The position numbers and the translations under genes are program-made. Of a stretch of 64,000 bases of DNA, positions 9,322 to 19,199 are shown piece after piece; the first letter of the stretch is position 1; every line of letters begins with the position of its first letter. Below the pieces are notes generated by a model that had not been told where the DNA came from, searched no databases, and saw nothing but the letters and a program-made list of their open reading frames with translations. Source of the stretch: Minisyncoccota bacterium (GTDB taxonomy: Bacteria; Patescibacteriota; Minisyncoccia; JAHIHE01; JAGLIN01). The DNA is taken from positions 27,617 to 91,616 of the forward strand of contig JAQUYG010000001.1 in the NCBI GenBank assembly GCA_028691985.1, read 5' to 3'.

Positions 9322-9558
9322 CTACTTCTTGAATCTGAGATCTTCTTCAAGCTTACCCAGTTTCCTGTCTTTTTCCTTTTGAAAAACAATTTCATTTCTT
9401 CTAAGAGCGCTTTTTCTTCTTTCTGTTCGGCTTTTTTCTTTCTCCACGAATCGGGAACTTCTGGCCTGCAAAAGCAGCCCGCTTTGCTGGATCTTTTTTG
9501 AAAAACGCCTTAAAAGACTTCCAATGCTCTCATTGTCTTTTCTTTTGACTTCGATCAT
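9322..9558 (-). CDS. rpsU: 30S ribosomal protein S21
   Basis: MIEVKRKDNESIGSLLRRFSKKIQQSGLL...ERRKSALRR follows the S21 pattern. Confidence 0.8.
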   Translation of the reverse strand: MIEVKRKDNESIGSLLRRFSKKIQQSGLLLQARSSRFVEKEKSRTERRKSALRRNEIVFQKEKDRKLGKLEEDLRFKK

Positions 9559-9605
9559 ATTTCATCACCTCCAATGTGATATTTTAGTATTTTAAAAACT
9601 CTTTC

Positions 9606-9634
9606 AGTGTAACAGAAAATAAACATCTTGGCAA
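9606..9634 (-). promoter_or_regulatory. Sigma70-like promoter for rpsU
   Basis: Minus strand: TTGCCA-N17-TACACT, followed by GGAGGTGATGAAAT-ATG. Confidence 0.45.
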
Positions 9635-9687
9635 GGGCATGCGTAATCATACTCCTCCTGGTTTTTTCACCTAACTTCAAACAAAAA

Positions 9688-10038
9688 TCATCTTGCAAGA
9701 CCAATTCCCTCTCTCATCTGTCCGCCACCCAGAAGGTGTATATGGATATGCGGGACTTCCTGTCCGCCATTCCGGCCAGTTCGTATTAATAATTTATATC
9801 CGCCTTCCGCGACACCGACTTCTTTAGCAATTTTCTTAGCCACAAAAATCATTCTACCCATAATTTCCGCATCTTCTTCAGTGACATCGTTTATAGACTC
9901 GATATGTTTCTTCGGAATAATCAAAACATGCACCGGTACAATCGGATGGATGTCATAAAAAGCAAAAACCAGCTCGTCCTCATAAACTTTATCAGACGGA
10001 ATCTCTCCTTTTACTATTTTGCAAAAAAGACAATCCAT
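9688..10038 (-). CDS. HIT-family (histidine triad) nucleotide hydrolase
   Basis: The motifs HVLIIPKKHI and HIHIHLLGG are present. Confidence 0.85.
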   Translation of the reverse strand: MDCLFCKIVKGEIPSDKVYEDELVFAFYDIHPIVPVHVLIIPKKHIESINDVTEEDAEIMGRMIFVAKKIAKEVGVAEGGYKLLIRTGRNGGQEVPHIHIHLLGGGQMREGIGLAR

Positions 10039-10125
10039 ATTTTATATATCATCAAAAAATATTACTCAAAAAATACATATAGATAATCGCATTACTTTAC
10101 TCACCCCAATAACACGAGTCAGCCA

Positions 10126-11454
10126 CTACCCTTTAAGCATTCTCCTGACATCTTCGACAATATTTTCTAAAATCACAGTTTCCTGCATTCCACTGTCCAT
10201 ATCTCTGATAATTACAGTGCCGTCTATTGCCTCTTTCTGCCCGACAATCAGTGCCAATTTCGCCCTGACCTTGTTGGCGGTTCTGAGTTGAGATTTGATA
10301 CTTCCTTTGCCAAGCGACTCTCCGACTAAAATGTTATTGTCTACTAGCTTGTCAAAAATCTTCATAACTTTTTTTCTTGCCATATCGCCAAGCTGCACCA
10401 AGAACACATCTTTGACAACCTTCGGTTCCAGATCCAATCCCATTTTCATAACCTTATCTGCAACCCTTTCCACGCCGAAAGAAAATCCCACAGCTGGAGT
10501 CGGTTCGCCTCCCAAAAGTTCTACCAGCCCATCATATCTTCCACCACCACCTAGAGCCGCCTGTCTCGATTCGCCCTCGTCTCCGTCGGCCCATATTTCA
10601 AAGACAGTCCTAGTATAATAATCCAAACCTCTCACCAAAGACGGATTTAAAACATAAGGAATCTCCAGCTCATCCAAAAATTCCAAGACACTCTTGAAGT
10701 GAGTATTGCAATCATCACAAAGATTGTCGATGATCTGCGGAGCGCCCGCCGCCACCTGCAAACATTTTTCTTCCTTGCAATCCAAAAGCCGCATCGGATT
10801 CTTTTCCAATCTTCTCTTACAATCGACACAAAGCTTGTTGATTTTCATATCATAATAATCCGTCAAAAGCTTTTTGTATTTATTCCTGCAAGTCGGACAG
10901 CCGATACTATTGATCTGAATTGAAACATCTCTAAGTCCGAGCTTCTGAAAAATCTTCCATGCAAGATAGATTATCTGAGCATCTATGGCAGAACCCTCTT
11001 CTCCGAAAACTTCCGCTCCGAACTGATGGAATTCCCGAAATCTTCCCTGCTGCGGCTTGTCATAGCGGAACATCGAACCTTCATAATAAAGACGGACCGG
11101 CTGCGACCACCTGCTCATACCGTTCTCGATGTACGACCGAACAACCCCCGCCGTACCCTCCGGCCTCATGGTGACATTATCCCCGCCTTGAGTCTCAAAA
11201 GAAAACATTTCTTTTTCAACGATATCCGTCGCCTGTCCGACTCCGCGTTTGAAGAGATCGGTGTTTTCCAAAATAGGAGTTTCGATTCTCCCAAATCCGA
11301 AATCTTGGCATATCTTGCGTGAATTATGCAAAATGTAATCCCAGATGAACTGCTCCGGAGGAAGGATATCTTTCATTCCTTTGACCGTCTGAATCGGTTT
11401 AGCTTTCTTTCTTGGTTTCTTCTCTACCTGCTCTTCTTTTTTAACTCGAGGCAT
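10126..11454 (-). CDS. hisS: Histidine--tRNA ligase
   Basis: 442 aa; ...GFGRIETPILENTDLFKRGVGQATDIVEKEMFSFETQGGDNVTMRPEGTAGVVRSY are class II HisRS motifs. Confidence 0.9.
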   Translation of the reverse strand: MPRVKKEEQVEKKPRKKAKPIQTVKGMKDILPPEQFIWDYILHNSRKICQDFGFGRIETPILENTDLFKRGVGQATDIVEKEMFSFETQGGDNVTMRPEGTAGVVRSYIENGMSRWSQPVRLYYEGSMFRYDKPQQGRFREFHQFGAEVFGEEGSAIDAQIIYLAWKIFQKLGLRDVSIQINSIGCPTCRNKYKKLLTDYYDMKINKLCVDCKRRLEKNPMRLLDCKEEKCLQVAAGAPQIIDNLCDDCNTHFKSVLEFLDELEIPYVLNPSLVRGLDYYTRTVFEIWADGDEGESRQAALGGGGRYDGLVELLGGEPTPAVGFSFGVERVADKVMKMGLDLEPKVVKDVFLVQLGDMARKKVMKIFDKLVDNNILVGESLGKGSIKSQLRTANKVRAKLALIVGQKEAIDGTVIIRDMDSGMQETVILENIVEDVRRMLKG

Positions 11455-11474
11455 AATGATTTTCTATTAAAATT

Positions 11475-12014
11475 TTAACTTAGTATGCTCACCACAAAAT
11501 CGTCTATCTTCTTAACGCTCTCCGGATCATTCTCAAGACCTTGGGCGTCTTTAGCGTTTAGATATAAGTCGCCTATTATACTTATCCCCAAAGAATTTGT
11601 AAGAGACTCGACAACAACCAACGCCTTATCGATATTTCTTACTTCATCTCCCACAAACAACACAACTGCTTTTTTCCCATCTAATTTTTTATTCCCATAA
11701 GCAGGATTCAATCTATCAAAAAAATCTTTCATCAGCCCGGAAACATTATTAAAATAATTAGGGCTCCCAAAAACGATAAGATCGTTGGCGACCATCTTCT
11801 CCGTTATTGAATTCATATCGTCCAAAATCGGACACTTTCCGGTATCATCACATGACAAACACCCCCTGCAATGTTCAACCTTCTTTTCCCTAAGAAGAAT
11901 CAGCTCGGTTTTATGCCCTAACTCACCTGCCTTAGTCAAAAGTTTCTTTAAAGCGAACTCGGTATTCCCGCGACGAGGACTACCACAAATGGCAATTATA
12001 TTCATAGACTGCAA
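11475..12014 (-). CDS. NADPH-dependent FMN reductase / iron-sulfur flavoprotein-like (flavodoxin fold)
   Basis: MNIIAICGSPRRGNTE...CRGCLSCDDTGKCPI is a Cys cluster typical of Isf/WrbA-like FMN reductases. Confidence 0.6.
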   Translation of the reverse strand: MQSMNIIAICGSPRRGNTEFALKKLLTKAGELGHKTELILLREKKVEHCRGCLSCDDTGKCPILDDMNSITEKMVANDLIVFGSPNYFNNVSGLMKDFFDRLNPAYGNKKLDGKKAVVLFVGDEVRNIDKALVVVESLTNSLGISIIGDLYLNAKDAQGLENDPESVKKIDDFVVSILS

Positions 12015-12017
12015 AAA

Positions 12018-12764
12018 TTAATTTTGATATTCTTCTCCGTCAAAGACGGCAAAATTATCGAAAGGCCAGGCCCTGACCCATGCCTTGCCGATAATGAAAC
12101 GATTTTCAAGTTTTCCCCAGATCCTCGAATCGGAGCTGGCAGAACGATTGTCTCCAAGGACATAATACTCCCCCTCGCTCAGCGTTTCAAAAACATTTCC
12201 CGAAGTCACGGTTCCTTCCTGCAAATATACGCTCTCGTCCAAAACGAACCCATCCCGATTTTCATCGCTATATATCTTGATCACACCAGCCCTTATCTCG
12301 ACTGTTTCACCCGGAAGTCCGATGACTCTTTTGATGAAAAACTTACTAGGGTCTCCGGGGTAACGGAAAATGATGACATCTCCTCTCTCAGGGTTTTCCA
12401 AACGATAGCCTATCTCATTCACAATCAGATAGTCTCCATCATGAAAGTTCGGCTGCATACTCGCACCATCGACGAAAAAAGGCTGAAGCACGAACGAACG
12501 CACGACAAAAATTATAACCAGACTGACTATTACAACCCTTATTGTCTCAAAAGAAAGGTCTAGAAAATTCTTGAGTTTATTCATAAGATCGCCACTATCG
12601 TCTATGCCTATCTTTTCGTCCTTAAAGTCCGATACGAACTGAACATCGCTCTTTTTTTCCCCTGCAGGCTTTATATCAGCAATCTTCTTGTTTTCTATAT
12701 CCATTGATTTATTTTTAGATTTTACGAGTTTATGATATAACTTTTGGAGGGCCAAGTCAAACAA
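12018..12764 (-). CDS. lepB: Signal peptidase I
   Basis: The boxes GASMQPNFHDGDYLIVNE (Ser box), IKRVIGLPGETVEI and VLGDNRSASSDSR are present. Confidence 0.85.
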   Translation of the reverse strand: MFDLALQKLYHKLVKSKNKSMDIENKKIADIKPAGEKKSDVQFVSDFKDEKIGIDDSGDLMNKLKNFLDLSFETIRVVIVSLVIIFVVRSFVLQPFFVDGASMQPNFHDGDYLIVNEIGYRLENPERGDVIIFRYPGDPSKFFIKRVIGLPGETVEIRAGVIKIYSDENRDGFVLDESVYLQEGTVTSGNVFETLSEGEYYVLGDNRSASSDSRIWGKLENRFIIGKAWVRAWPFDNFAVFDGEEYQN

Positions 12765-13054
12765 CAGGAATAGATATTAAAAACCCGCTTCCACAGACTT
12801 CACACGCCGCGTTGATTTGATTGTCCCCGCCAGAAAGCAAAATCCATATCTACAATTTTTTTTGGAAGAGTTTTCTGCCCCTATAATTATAGATTATACC
12901 TCAAAATCAAGATCTGGAGCGAACTTAAAAACATCGGAATTGAAACCCGCCACGAAACTTGTTACCCCTCCCCGAAAACTGCGCCGTCAATAGACACTTT
13001 AGTTCGTATGATATAAAATAAAATCAACGGTTAAATTCACACGAGAAAAGAAAA

Positions 13055-14356
13055 ATGAACAAGAAAAAAGTCCTAAAAATTTTTGCGCTATTTTTTATAG
13101 TAATTGCCGTTTTCTTGTCGGCGTTTCTTTATGAGTTTATGATGGCGAGCGGTAAAATCTTTTCCAACGGAAAAAACGATAGCATATCGATAGTGAAACA
13201 ATTCAGCGAGATGATCATAAACCCCAGCGAATCTCTCCAAGGAGAAGAAAACGGCCAAATCAATATCCTCCTTCTGGGAATCGGTGGAGAAGGACATAGC
13301 GGCGGAGAACTCACAGACACTATAATGATAGCCAGCATAAAACCGCAGACCCGCGAGGCGGCGCTGCTTTCTATTCCTCGGGATCTGTATGTAGAAGTTG
13401 AAGGCGAAGAAATTAAGAACAAAATCAACGCCATCAAAGCATTGGGAGACAAAAGTAAAAAACAGAACGGAATCGAATTACTCGAAGGTGTCGTCGAAGA
13501 AGTCTCTGGACTTAAGATTGATTATTATGTTCAGTTGGATTTTGACGGTTTTATCAAGATTATCGACCTGATGGGTGGCGTCGATGTTTATTTGGAAAAT
13601 GATATCAACGACCCGGCCTATCCCGATTTCAACAGAGGCTATGACCCTTTTTATATCAAAAAGGGCTGGCACCACCTGGACGGAGCCACAGCACTCAAAG
13701 TCGCCAGATCGCGTCACAGCACGATGGGAGATTTTGATCGCATCAAACGACAACAGGAAATAATCAAAGCCTTCCGTCAAAAGGTCTATGAAAAATATTC
13801 CCAGATGGACATCATGACCTTCCGTGATATTTTTATCTCCCTTTCCGACAATATGGAGACTGATATCGAATTGAGAGAAATACCGCGTTTCTATCAAGTC
13901 CTGAAAGAAATAAGAAGCAACAATTTCACCGCCCAGACCGTCAACACGCAAAATTATCTGGAAAGAATATATGTCGGACTAGGATATACTTTAGGAGTGA
14001 AAGACGCCGAAATAGCTGCAGAGATCGGAAAAAACCTGTTTGAGATGCAACTTCCTGAGAAAACAGCAAAAACCATCCGCGAAGAAAGCGCAACAATTGA
14101 AATACGCAACGGCACTGATTCCCCCGACCTTGCCAATATAATCGCCCAAGATTTGGAAAATATGGGGTTTCGCATAATAAATTCGATAAATATAGACCCG
14201 CCAGATTTCAACGGCGTCAAAATATATCGCACGCAGGATTGCAAAAAAGCCGAGACCCTCTCATTCCTTCTGGAAAAATTCAGCGCCCAGGAAAAAATAA
14301 GTAAAACCCTAGATTCAAGAGCGGATTTCGTCATCATACTCGGTAAAGGATTTTAG
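13055..14356 (+). CDS. LytR-CpsA-Psr (LCP) family cell-envelope protein
   Basis: N-terminal TM, then LLLGIGGEGHSGGELTDTIMIASIKPQTREAALLSIPRDLYVEV (LCP core). Confidence 0.8.
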   Translation: MNKKKVLKIFALFFIVIAVFLSAFLYEFMMASGKIFSNGKNDSISIVKQFSEMIINPSESLQGEENGQINILLLGIGGEGHSGGELTDTIMIASIKPQTREAALLSIPRDLYVEVEGEEIKNKINAIKALGDKSKKQNGIELLEGVVEEVSGLKIDYYVQLDFDGFIKIIDLMGGVDVYLENDINDPAYPDFNRGYDPFYIKKGWHHLDGATALKVARSRHSTMGDFDRIKRQQEIIKAFRQKVYEKYSQMDIMTFRDIFISLSDNMETDIELREIPRFYQVLKEIRSNNFTAQTVNTQNYLERIYVGLGYTLGVKDAEIAAEIGKNLFEMQLPEKTAKTIREESATIEIRNGTDSPDLANIIAQDLENMGFRIINSINIDPPDFNGVKIYRTQDCKKAETLSFLLEKFSAQEKISKTLDSRADFVIILGKGF

Positions 14357-14385
14357 GTAACAAAATATAAAAATAATACTTTAAT

Positions 14386-14916
14386 ATGAAAATGATCGTC
14401 GGACTCGGAAATCCTGGAAAAGAATACGAAAAAACCAGACACAATGTCGGCTTTATGGCACTTGATAAGATTACAAAAATTTACGACTTTGGAGATTTCA
14501 AAACCGAAGAAAAGTTTGAGGCAGAAATATCTCAAGGAGAAATAGCTGCTGAAAAAATCTTTCTGATAAAACCACAAACTTTTATGAATTCTTCCGGTCG
14601 CACTGTCCAGAAAATGATGAATTTTTATAAGGCAGGAATTGATGATTTGATAGTAATTCACGACGATTTAGACATCGCACTCGGAGAATTTCGTACGGGG
14701 TCAGGGAGTCGCAGTGCCGGACACAAGGGGGTACAGTCAATCATAGACTTCCTAGATTCGAAGGACTTCAAGAGGATCAGGGTCGGTATAAAGATTGAAG
14801 ATCGCAAAATTCCGACAGAAAAATTCGTATTAGGGACTTTCACAAAAAAAGAATCTGAAGCGATAACGGGTGCTTTAGATGGCGTGATTGAAACCGTAAA
14901 AAAAGAGCTTACTTAA
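14386..14916 (+). CDS. pth: Peptidyl-tRNA hydrolase
   Basis: MKMIVGLGNPGKEYEKTRHNVGFMALD...FMNSSGRTV...VIHDDLD. Confidence 0.9.
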   Translation: MKMIVGLGNPGKEYEKTRHNVGFMALDKITKIYDFGDFKTEEKFEAEISQGEIAAEKIFLIKPQTFMNSSGRTVQKMMNFYKAGIDDLIVIHDDLDIALGEFRTGSGSRSAGHKGVQSIIDFLDSKDFKRIRVGIKIEDRKIPTEKFVLGTFTKKESEAITGALDGVIETVKKELT

Positions 14917-14947
14917 GATAAGCCCTTTTCTTTTTATTGACTATCGT

Positions 14948-15065
14948 ACACTATCCTGATTATGAGCTTAAAGCACAATTTACGTGAAATTTTGCCTTAA
15001 TTTGCAGCTACTCGAAAATATCTAGGAGGGATGATTTTACTTTCGCGCTCATAAACAGGATAGTG
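14948..15065. repeat. Long-range 19-nt inverted repeat bracketing the pth-dprA intergenic region and the dprA start
   Basis: ACACTATCCTGATTATGAGC at 14948-14967 and GCTCATAAACAGGATAGTG at 15047-15065 match at 18/19 positions as a reverse complement, with ~80 nt between them. The interval contains a perfect SD (AGGAGGG) plus a 7-codon mini-ORF. Confidence 0.5.
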
Positions 15066-16244
15066 AACAATAGAAATGATTTTCTAGTTGTTTATGGCCA
15101 AAACCTATCAGTTTTTTCCAACAACTGCTCATCCTATCATACATTCATAAATATGTCAACCCCTGACAAGAAATATTACAATGCTTTCAATCTAATGCCG
15201 CAAATAGGCCCGGTGCGCTTTCGTAAGCTCCTTGCCCATTTTCCATCCATGCAAATCGCGTGGGAGGCAACTTTTTCTGAATTCAAGGAATCAGGCCTTG
15301 AAGAAAAAATCATCGAGAGAATTGTGGATGCTAGAAAAAATATAAACCCCGATGCCGAGTTTGAAAAATTAGAAAAAGAAAATATAAAAATTATTACGAA
15401 GAATGAAAGTTCCTATCCCAAAAATCTCCTGGAAATTTCTTCCGCTCCGGCGATGTTATATGTGAAAGGCGAAATGATTCCCGACGAATTTTGCATCGGC
15501 ATCGTCGGCTCGCGCAAGATCTCAGACTACGGAAGAAGAGTGGCCGAAGATTTTGCGCGGCAGCTTTCACAAAACGGCGTAACGCTCGCCAGCGGAATGG
15601 CTTATGGCGTGGACACGATTACTCACCGCGAATGCCTAAAGGCTAAAACTCGCACCCTGGCCGTCCTTGGTAGCGGCATCGACGAAAGAAGCATATACCC
15701 ATCATCCAACCGCCAAATCGCGCAAGAAATCGCAAACTGCGGATGCGTCCTCAGTGAATATCCGATCGGGACTCCCCCGCTCAAACAGAATTTCCCCGCC
15801 CGCAATCGCATCATCAGCGGACTATCTAAGGGCGTATTGGTTATCGAAGCTTCACAAACCTCCGGCTCGCTCCACACCGCCCGCTTCGCTCTGGAACAAA
15901 ACCGCGAAGTCTTCGCTGTGCCGGGAAACATCTATTCCAAAAATTCCGAAGGCACCAACAGCCTCATCAAAATGGGCGCCAAATCCGCCTGCAAAGTGGA
16001 GGATATTTTAGAAGAGTTCAACTTTGAAACAAACTCCGAGATCCGCGAAGCCAGAAAAATCATCCCCGACAGTCCTGAGGAAGAACTGATTTTGAACAAT
16101 CTCTCCTTCGACGAAGCGCTTCACATCGACAAACTTGCCGCCAAGACGCAAATAAAAACCGCCAGCCTGTCATCACTTCTCACTCTTATGGAAATGAAAG
16201 GAATGATTCGCGACATCGGCGGGATGCGATATATAAAAAAATAA
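15063..16244 (+). CDS. dprA: DNA processing protein DprA/Smf. The track ORF begins at a GTG, so the true start is uncertain and may be ATG at 15153.
   Basis: LMPQIGPVRFRKLLAHF...IGIVGSRKISDYGRRVAEDFARQLSQNGVTLASGMAYGVDTITH...VPGNIYS. Confidence 0.8.
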   Translation: MNNRNDFLVVYGQNLSVFSNNCSSYHTFINMSTPDKKYYNAFNLMPQIGPVRFRKLLAHFPSMQIAWEATFSEFKESGLEEKIIERIVDARKNINPDAEFEKLEKENIKIITKNESSYPKNLLEISSAPAMLYVKGEMIPDEFCIGIVGSRKISDYGRRVAEDFARQLSQNGVTLASGMAYGVDTITHRECLKAKTRTLAVLGSGIDERSIYPSSNRQIAQEIANCGCVLSEYPIGTPPLKQNFPARNRIISGLSKGVLVIEASQTSGSLHTARFALEQNREVFAVPGNIYSKNSEGTNSLIKMGAKSACKVEDILEEFNFETNSEIREARKIIPDSPEEELILNNLSFDEALHIDKLAAKTQIKTASLSSLLTLMEMKGMIRDIGGMRYIKK

Positions 16245-16265
16245 GGCCGGATAAATCCGCCTAAT

Positions 16266-16541
16266 TCATTTTCCAAATTCTGGAAATTTATTTCTAATCT
16301 CTGCAACAAGAACGCTTAGATTTGCGAGATTATCGCTTTTTGTATTAGAAGCCCGATTAATAAGTTTTTCAAAAAACTCATACAGTTCTGGATCTATCTC
16401 TTTTGTCTCTTTTATTTCTTCTATTTCACCTATTTTCCTTATTTTATCCTCCTCGATATTATTCTTGCGCTCTTGTTCTTTACCTAGCCAGAAAGAAAGT
16501 ATACATCCTACCACAAAAATAATAACGATTAACAAGCTCAA
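16266..16541 (-). CDS. Hypothetical small membrane-anchored protein
   Basis: The ORF has one N-terminal TM and a charged tail. No family was recognised. Confidence 0.3.
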   Translation of the reverse strand: MSLLIVIIFVVGCILSFWLGKEQERKNNIEEDKIRKIGEIEEIKETKEIDPELYEFFEKLINRASNTKSDNLANLSVLVAEIRNKFPEFGK

Positions 16542-16691
16542 CTTTTCATCTCCTGTTCAAATTTATCACATTTTTTTAGTATTTTATTTTTACATCCAAT
16601 ATAAATAATCCATAGAATTTGTCAATCAAAATCTTTCGTTTCTGACAAATACTAGAGATTTATTATAATTTTTCTCTCATCACATATCGAG

Positions 16692-16720
16692 TTGACACTC
16701 TCGCCCCAAAAAGGTAAAGT
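16692..16720 (+). promoter_or_regulatory. Sigma70-like promoter upstream of topA
   Basis: TTGACA at 16692-16697, a 17-nt spacer, then TAAAGT at 16715-20. An 8-nt palindrome ATTTGTCA...TGACAAAT lies ~60 nt upstream. Confidence 0.5.
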
Positions 16721-16761
16721 AAAAATGTCATAAGAACTTTCAGCAATTTATTTTTATACAT

Positions 16762-18978
16762 ATGTCAAAAAAACTTATCATCGTTGAGTCCCCTACCAAA
16801 GCGAAAACGATTTCAAAATTTCTAGACAAAAATTATGAAGTCAGATCTTCTTTCGGACACCTGCGAGATCTTCCTAAAAGTAAACTAGGAGTGGAAGTTG
16901 ATAAGGACTTTGAGCCGGAATATGTCGTCAGTCCCAAGAGCAAAAAGATTGCCAGTGAGCTTAAAAAACTCGCCAAAGAGTCTGACGAAATCATACTAGC
17001 AAGCGATGAAGACCGCGAAGGAGAAGCGATTGCCTGGCACTTGGCGCAGATTCTGGATATAGACATTACGGGAAAAAGCAAAAGTAAAAAAGGATATAAA
17101 CGCATCGTTTTTCACGAGATTACCAAAGGTGCCATTCTAGCGGCATTAGAAAATCCTCGCCAACTTGACCTAAATTTAGTCGACGCCCAGCAGGCGCGCA
17201 GAATTCTCGACCGTCTCGTAGGATACAAACTATCGCCATTTTTGTGGAAAAAAATCCGCTATGGCCTCTCTGCCGGAAGAGTACAGTCTGTCGCAGTCAG
17301 ACTTATTGTCGAACGCGAAAGAGAAATCCAGAATTTTATAAAGGATGAATATTGGGAAGTTAATGCCGATCTTTCTAAAAAAGACCGAGACGCGAATTTT
17401 TTGGCAAAATTAGTCAAAATTGAAGGCAAAGCTCTAAAAAAGCTGGATATAAAGGGCGAAAAGCAAGCCAACGCGATTAAGGCAGAACTTGAAAAAGAAA
17501 ATTATATCATTGAGAAGATAGATAAGAAAGAAACGAAAAAAAATCCCCTGCCGCCATTTACCACCAGTACGCTCCAACAGGCTTCGGGCAACCGCTTGGG
17601 ATATAGCGCCAAACAGACGATGATGATTGCGCAGCAGCTCTATGAAGGAATCCAACTCGGTAAGGGAGGCGCTGTCGGTCTTATCACCTATATGAGGACC
17701 GATTCTCTAAACCTCAGCAAAGAGTCTGTTGAAACGGCAAAGAATTATATAACCAATCATTTCGGTAAAGAATTCGCCGAGGAACGGCATTTCAAAACCA
17801 AATCCAAAGGCGCGCAGGAAGCTCATGAAGCTATCCGCCCCACCGACCCTTCTAGAACGCCGGAAAGCATCAAAGAATTTCTAGATCCGAAACAATATAA
17901 ATTATACACTCTTATCTGGCAGAGGATGGTCGCGTCACAAATGGCAAGCGCCATAAGCGACCTTACGACTATAGAAATTTTAGCCGGCAAATATACGCTC
18001 CGCTCCAGCGGCTCAACCATCAAATTTGAAGGATTTTTAAAAGTATATCCGATCAAAAGCGAAGAAGTCACTTTTCCAGAACTCAAAGAGAAAGAAGAAC
18101 TCAAGCTCCTCAAAATTATCGCCGACCAGCATTTTACCCAACCGCCGGCGCGCTATAATGAATCTGGATTGATTAAAGCCATGGAAGAATTCGGCATCGG
18201 TCGACCTTCAACTTATGCGCCCATCATCAGCACTATCCAGGACCGCGGCTATGTAAAGAAAGAAGAAAAAAGATTGGCACCGGAAGAAATCGGGTTCATC
18301 GTCAATGACTTTTTGGTCGAACATTTTCCCAAAATTGTTGATATTAAATTCACCGCTAAAATGGAAGAAGATTTAGATAAAGTGGCGGAGGGCGAACAAG
18401 ATTGGAGAAAACTCATGAGAGAATTCTATAATCCCTTCATCGACAATCTAAATGCCAAAGAAAAAGAAATCGACAAAAAAGTTGTCACCGAAGAAAAAAC
18501 GGACGAGAAATGTCCTCAGTGTGACTCACCGATGATTATCAAACTGGGCCGCTTCGGCAAATTTATGGCCTGTACCAACTATCCGACTTGCAAAACCACC
18601 AAACCGATGGGTGAAGAAAAAAAACTTATCGAAGAATTTTCCGATGAAGTATGCGACAAATGTGGCAAACCTATGGCCGTCAAACGCGGACGCTTCGGAG
18701 CTTTCTTGGGCTGCTCAGGTTATCCGGAATGTAAAAATATCAAGTCTATGGCCAAACCGACCGGCGCCAAATGTCCAGAGTGCGGCAAAGGCGACATTGT
18801 TGAAAAGAAATCCAAGGCAGGACGAACCTTTTATGCTTGCAACAACTATCCCGATTGCAAATTCGCCCTCTGGCAGAAACCGACCGGCGATAAATGTCCC
18901 AAGTGCGAGAGCCTGATGGTCTTCGCCGCCAAAGAAAAACAGATTTGCTCAAACAAGGAATGTAAGTTTGAAAAGTAA
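16762..18978 (+). CDS. topA: DNA topoisomerase I with C-terminal zinc-ribbon repeats
   Basis: The N-terminus MSKKLIIVESPTKAKTISKFL is a TOPRIM motif. A ...YMRTDS... active-site Tyr region and multiple CPxC Zn-ribbons follow. Confidence 0.95.
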   Translation: MSKKLIIVESPTKAKTISKFLDKNYEVRSSFGHLRDLPKSKLGVEVDKDFEPEYVVSPKSKKIASELKKLAKESDEIILASDEDREGEAIAWHLAQILDIDITGKSKSKKGYKRIVFHEITKGAILAALENPRQLDLNLVDAQQARRILDRLVGYKLSPFLWKKIRYGLSAGRVQSVAVRLIVEREREIQNFIKDEYWEVNADLSKKDRDANFLAKLVKIEGKALKKLDIKGEKQANAIKAELEKENYIIEKIDKKETKKNPLPPFTTSTLQQASGNRLGYSAKQTMMIAQQLYEGIQLGKGGAVGLITYMRTDSLNLSKESVETAKNYITNHFGKEFAEERHFKTKSKGAQEAHEAIRPTDPSRTPESIKEFLDPKQYKLYTLIWQRMVASQMASAISDLTTIEILAGKYTLRSSGSTIKFEGFLKVYPIKSEEVTFPELKEKEELKLLKIIADQHFTQPPARYNESGLIKAMEEFGIGRPSTYAPIISTIQDRGYVKKEEKRLAPEEIGFIVNDFLVEHFPKIVDIKFTAKMEEDLDKVAEGEQDWRKLMREFYNPFIDNLNAKEKEIDKKVVTEEKTDEKCPQCDSPMIIKLGRFGKFMACTNYPTCKTTKPMGEEKKLIEEFSDEVCDKCGKPMAVKRGRFGAFLGCSGYPECKNIKSMAKPTGAKCPECGKGDIVEKKSKAGRTFYACNNYPDCKFALWQKPTGDKCPKCESLMVFAAKEKQICSNKECKFEK

Positions 18979-18998
18979 TATAATATAATTTATAAGAA

Positions 18999-19196
18999 AT
19001 GGAAATGAAACAGAAAAACGAGTCACCAAAACAAATCAAAATCGGGGTATTCTTAATTTTCATTATCTTTTTTACCCATAATCTTATATCGTTTGCGAAG
19101 AAACCTTCTGATTTAACTGGAGGATTTCTAATCATTATCTTATTTTTCTGGCTCCTTACGGCACTCTTATTTTATAAAGAGCAGAACAAAAAATAG
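18999..19196 (+). CDS. Hypothetical small 2-TM membrane protein
   Basis: The ORF has no recognisable family. Confidence 0.25.
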   Translation: MEMKQKNESPKQIKIGVFLIFIIFFTHNLISFAKKPSDLTGGFLIIILFFWLLTALLFYKEQNKK

Positions 19197-19199
19197 TAT

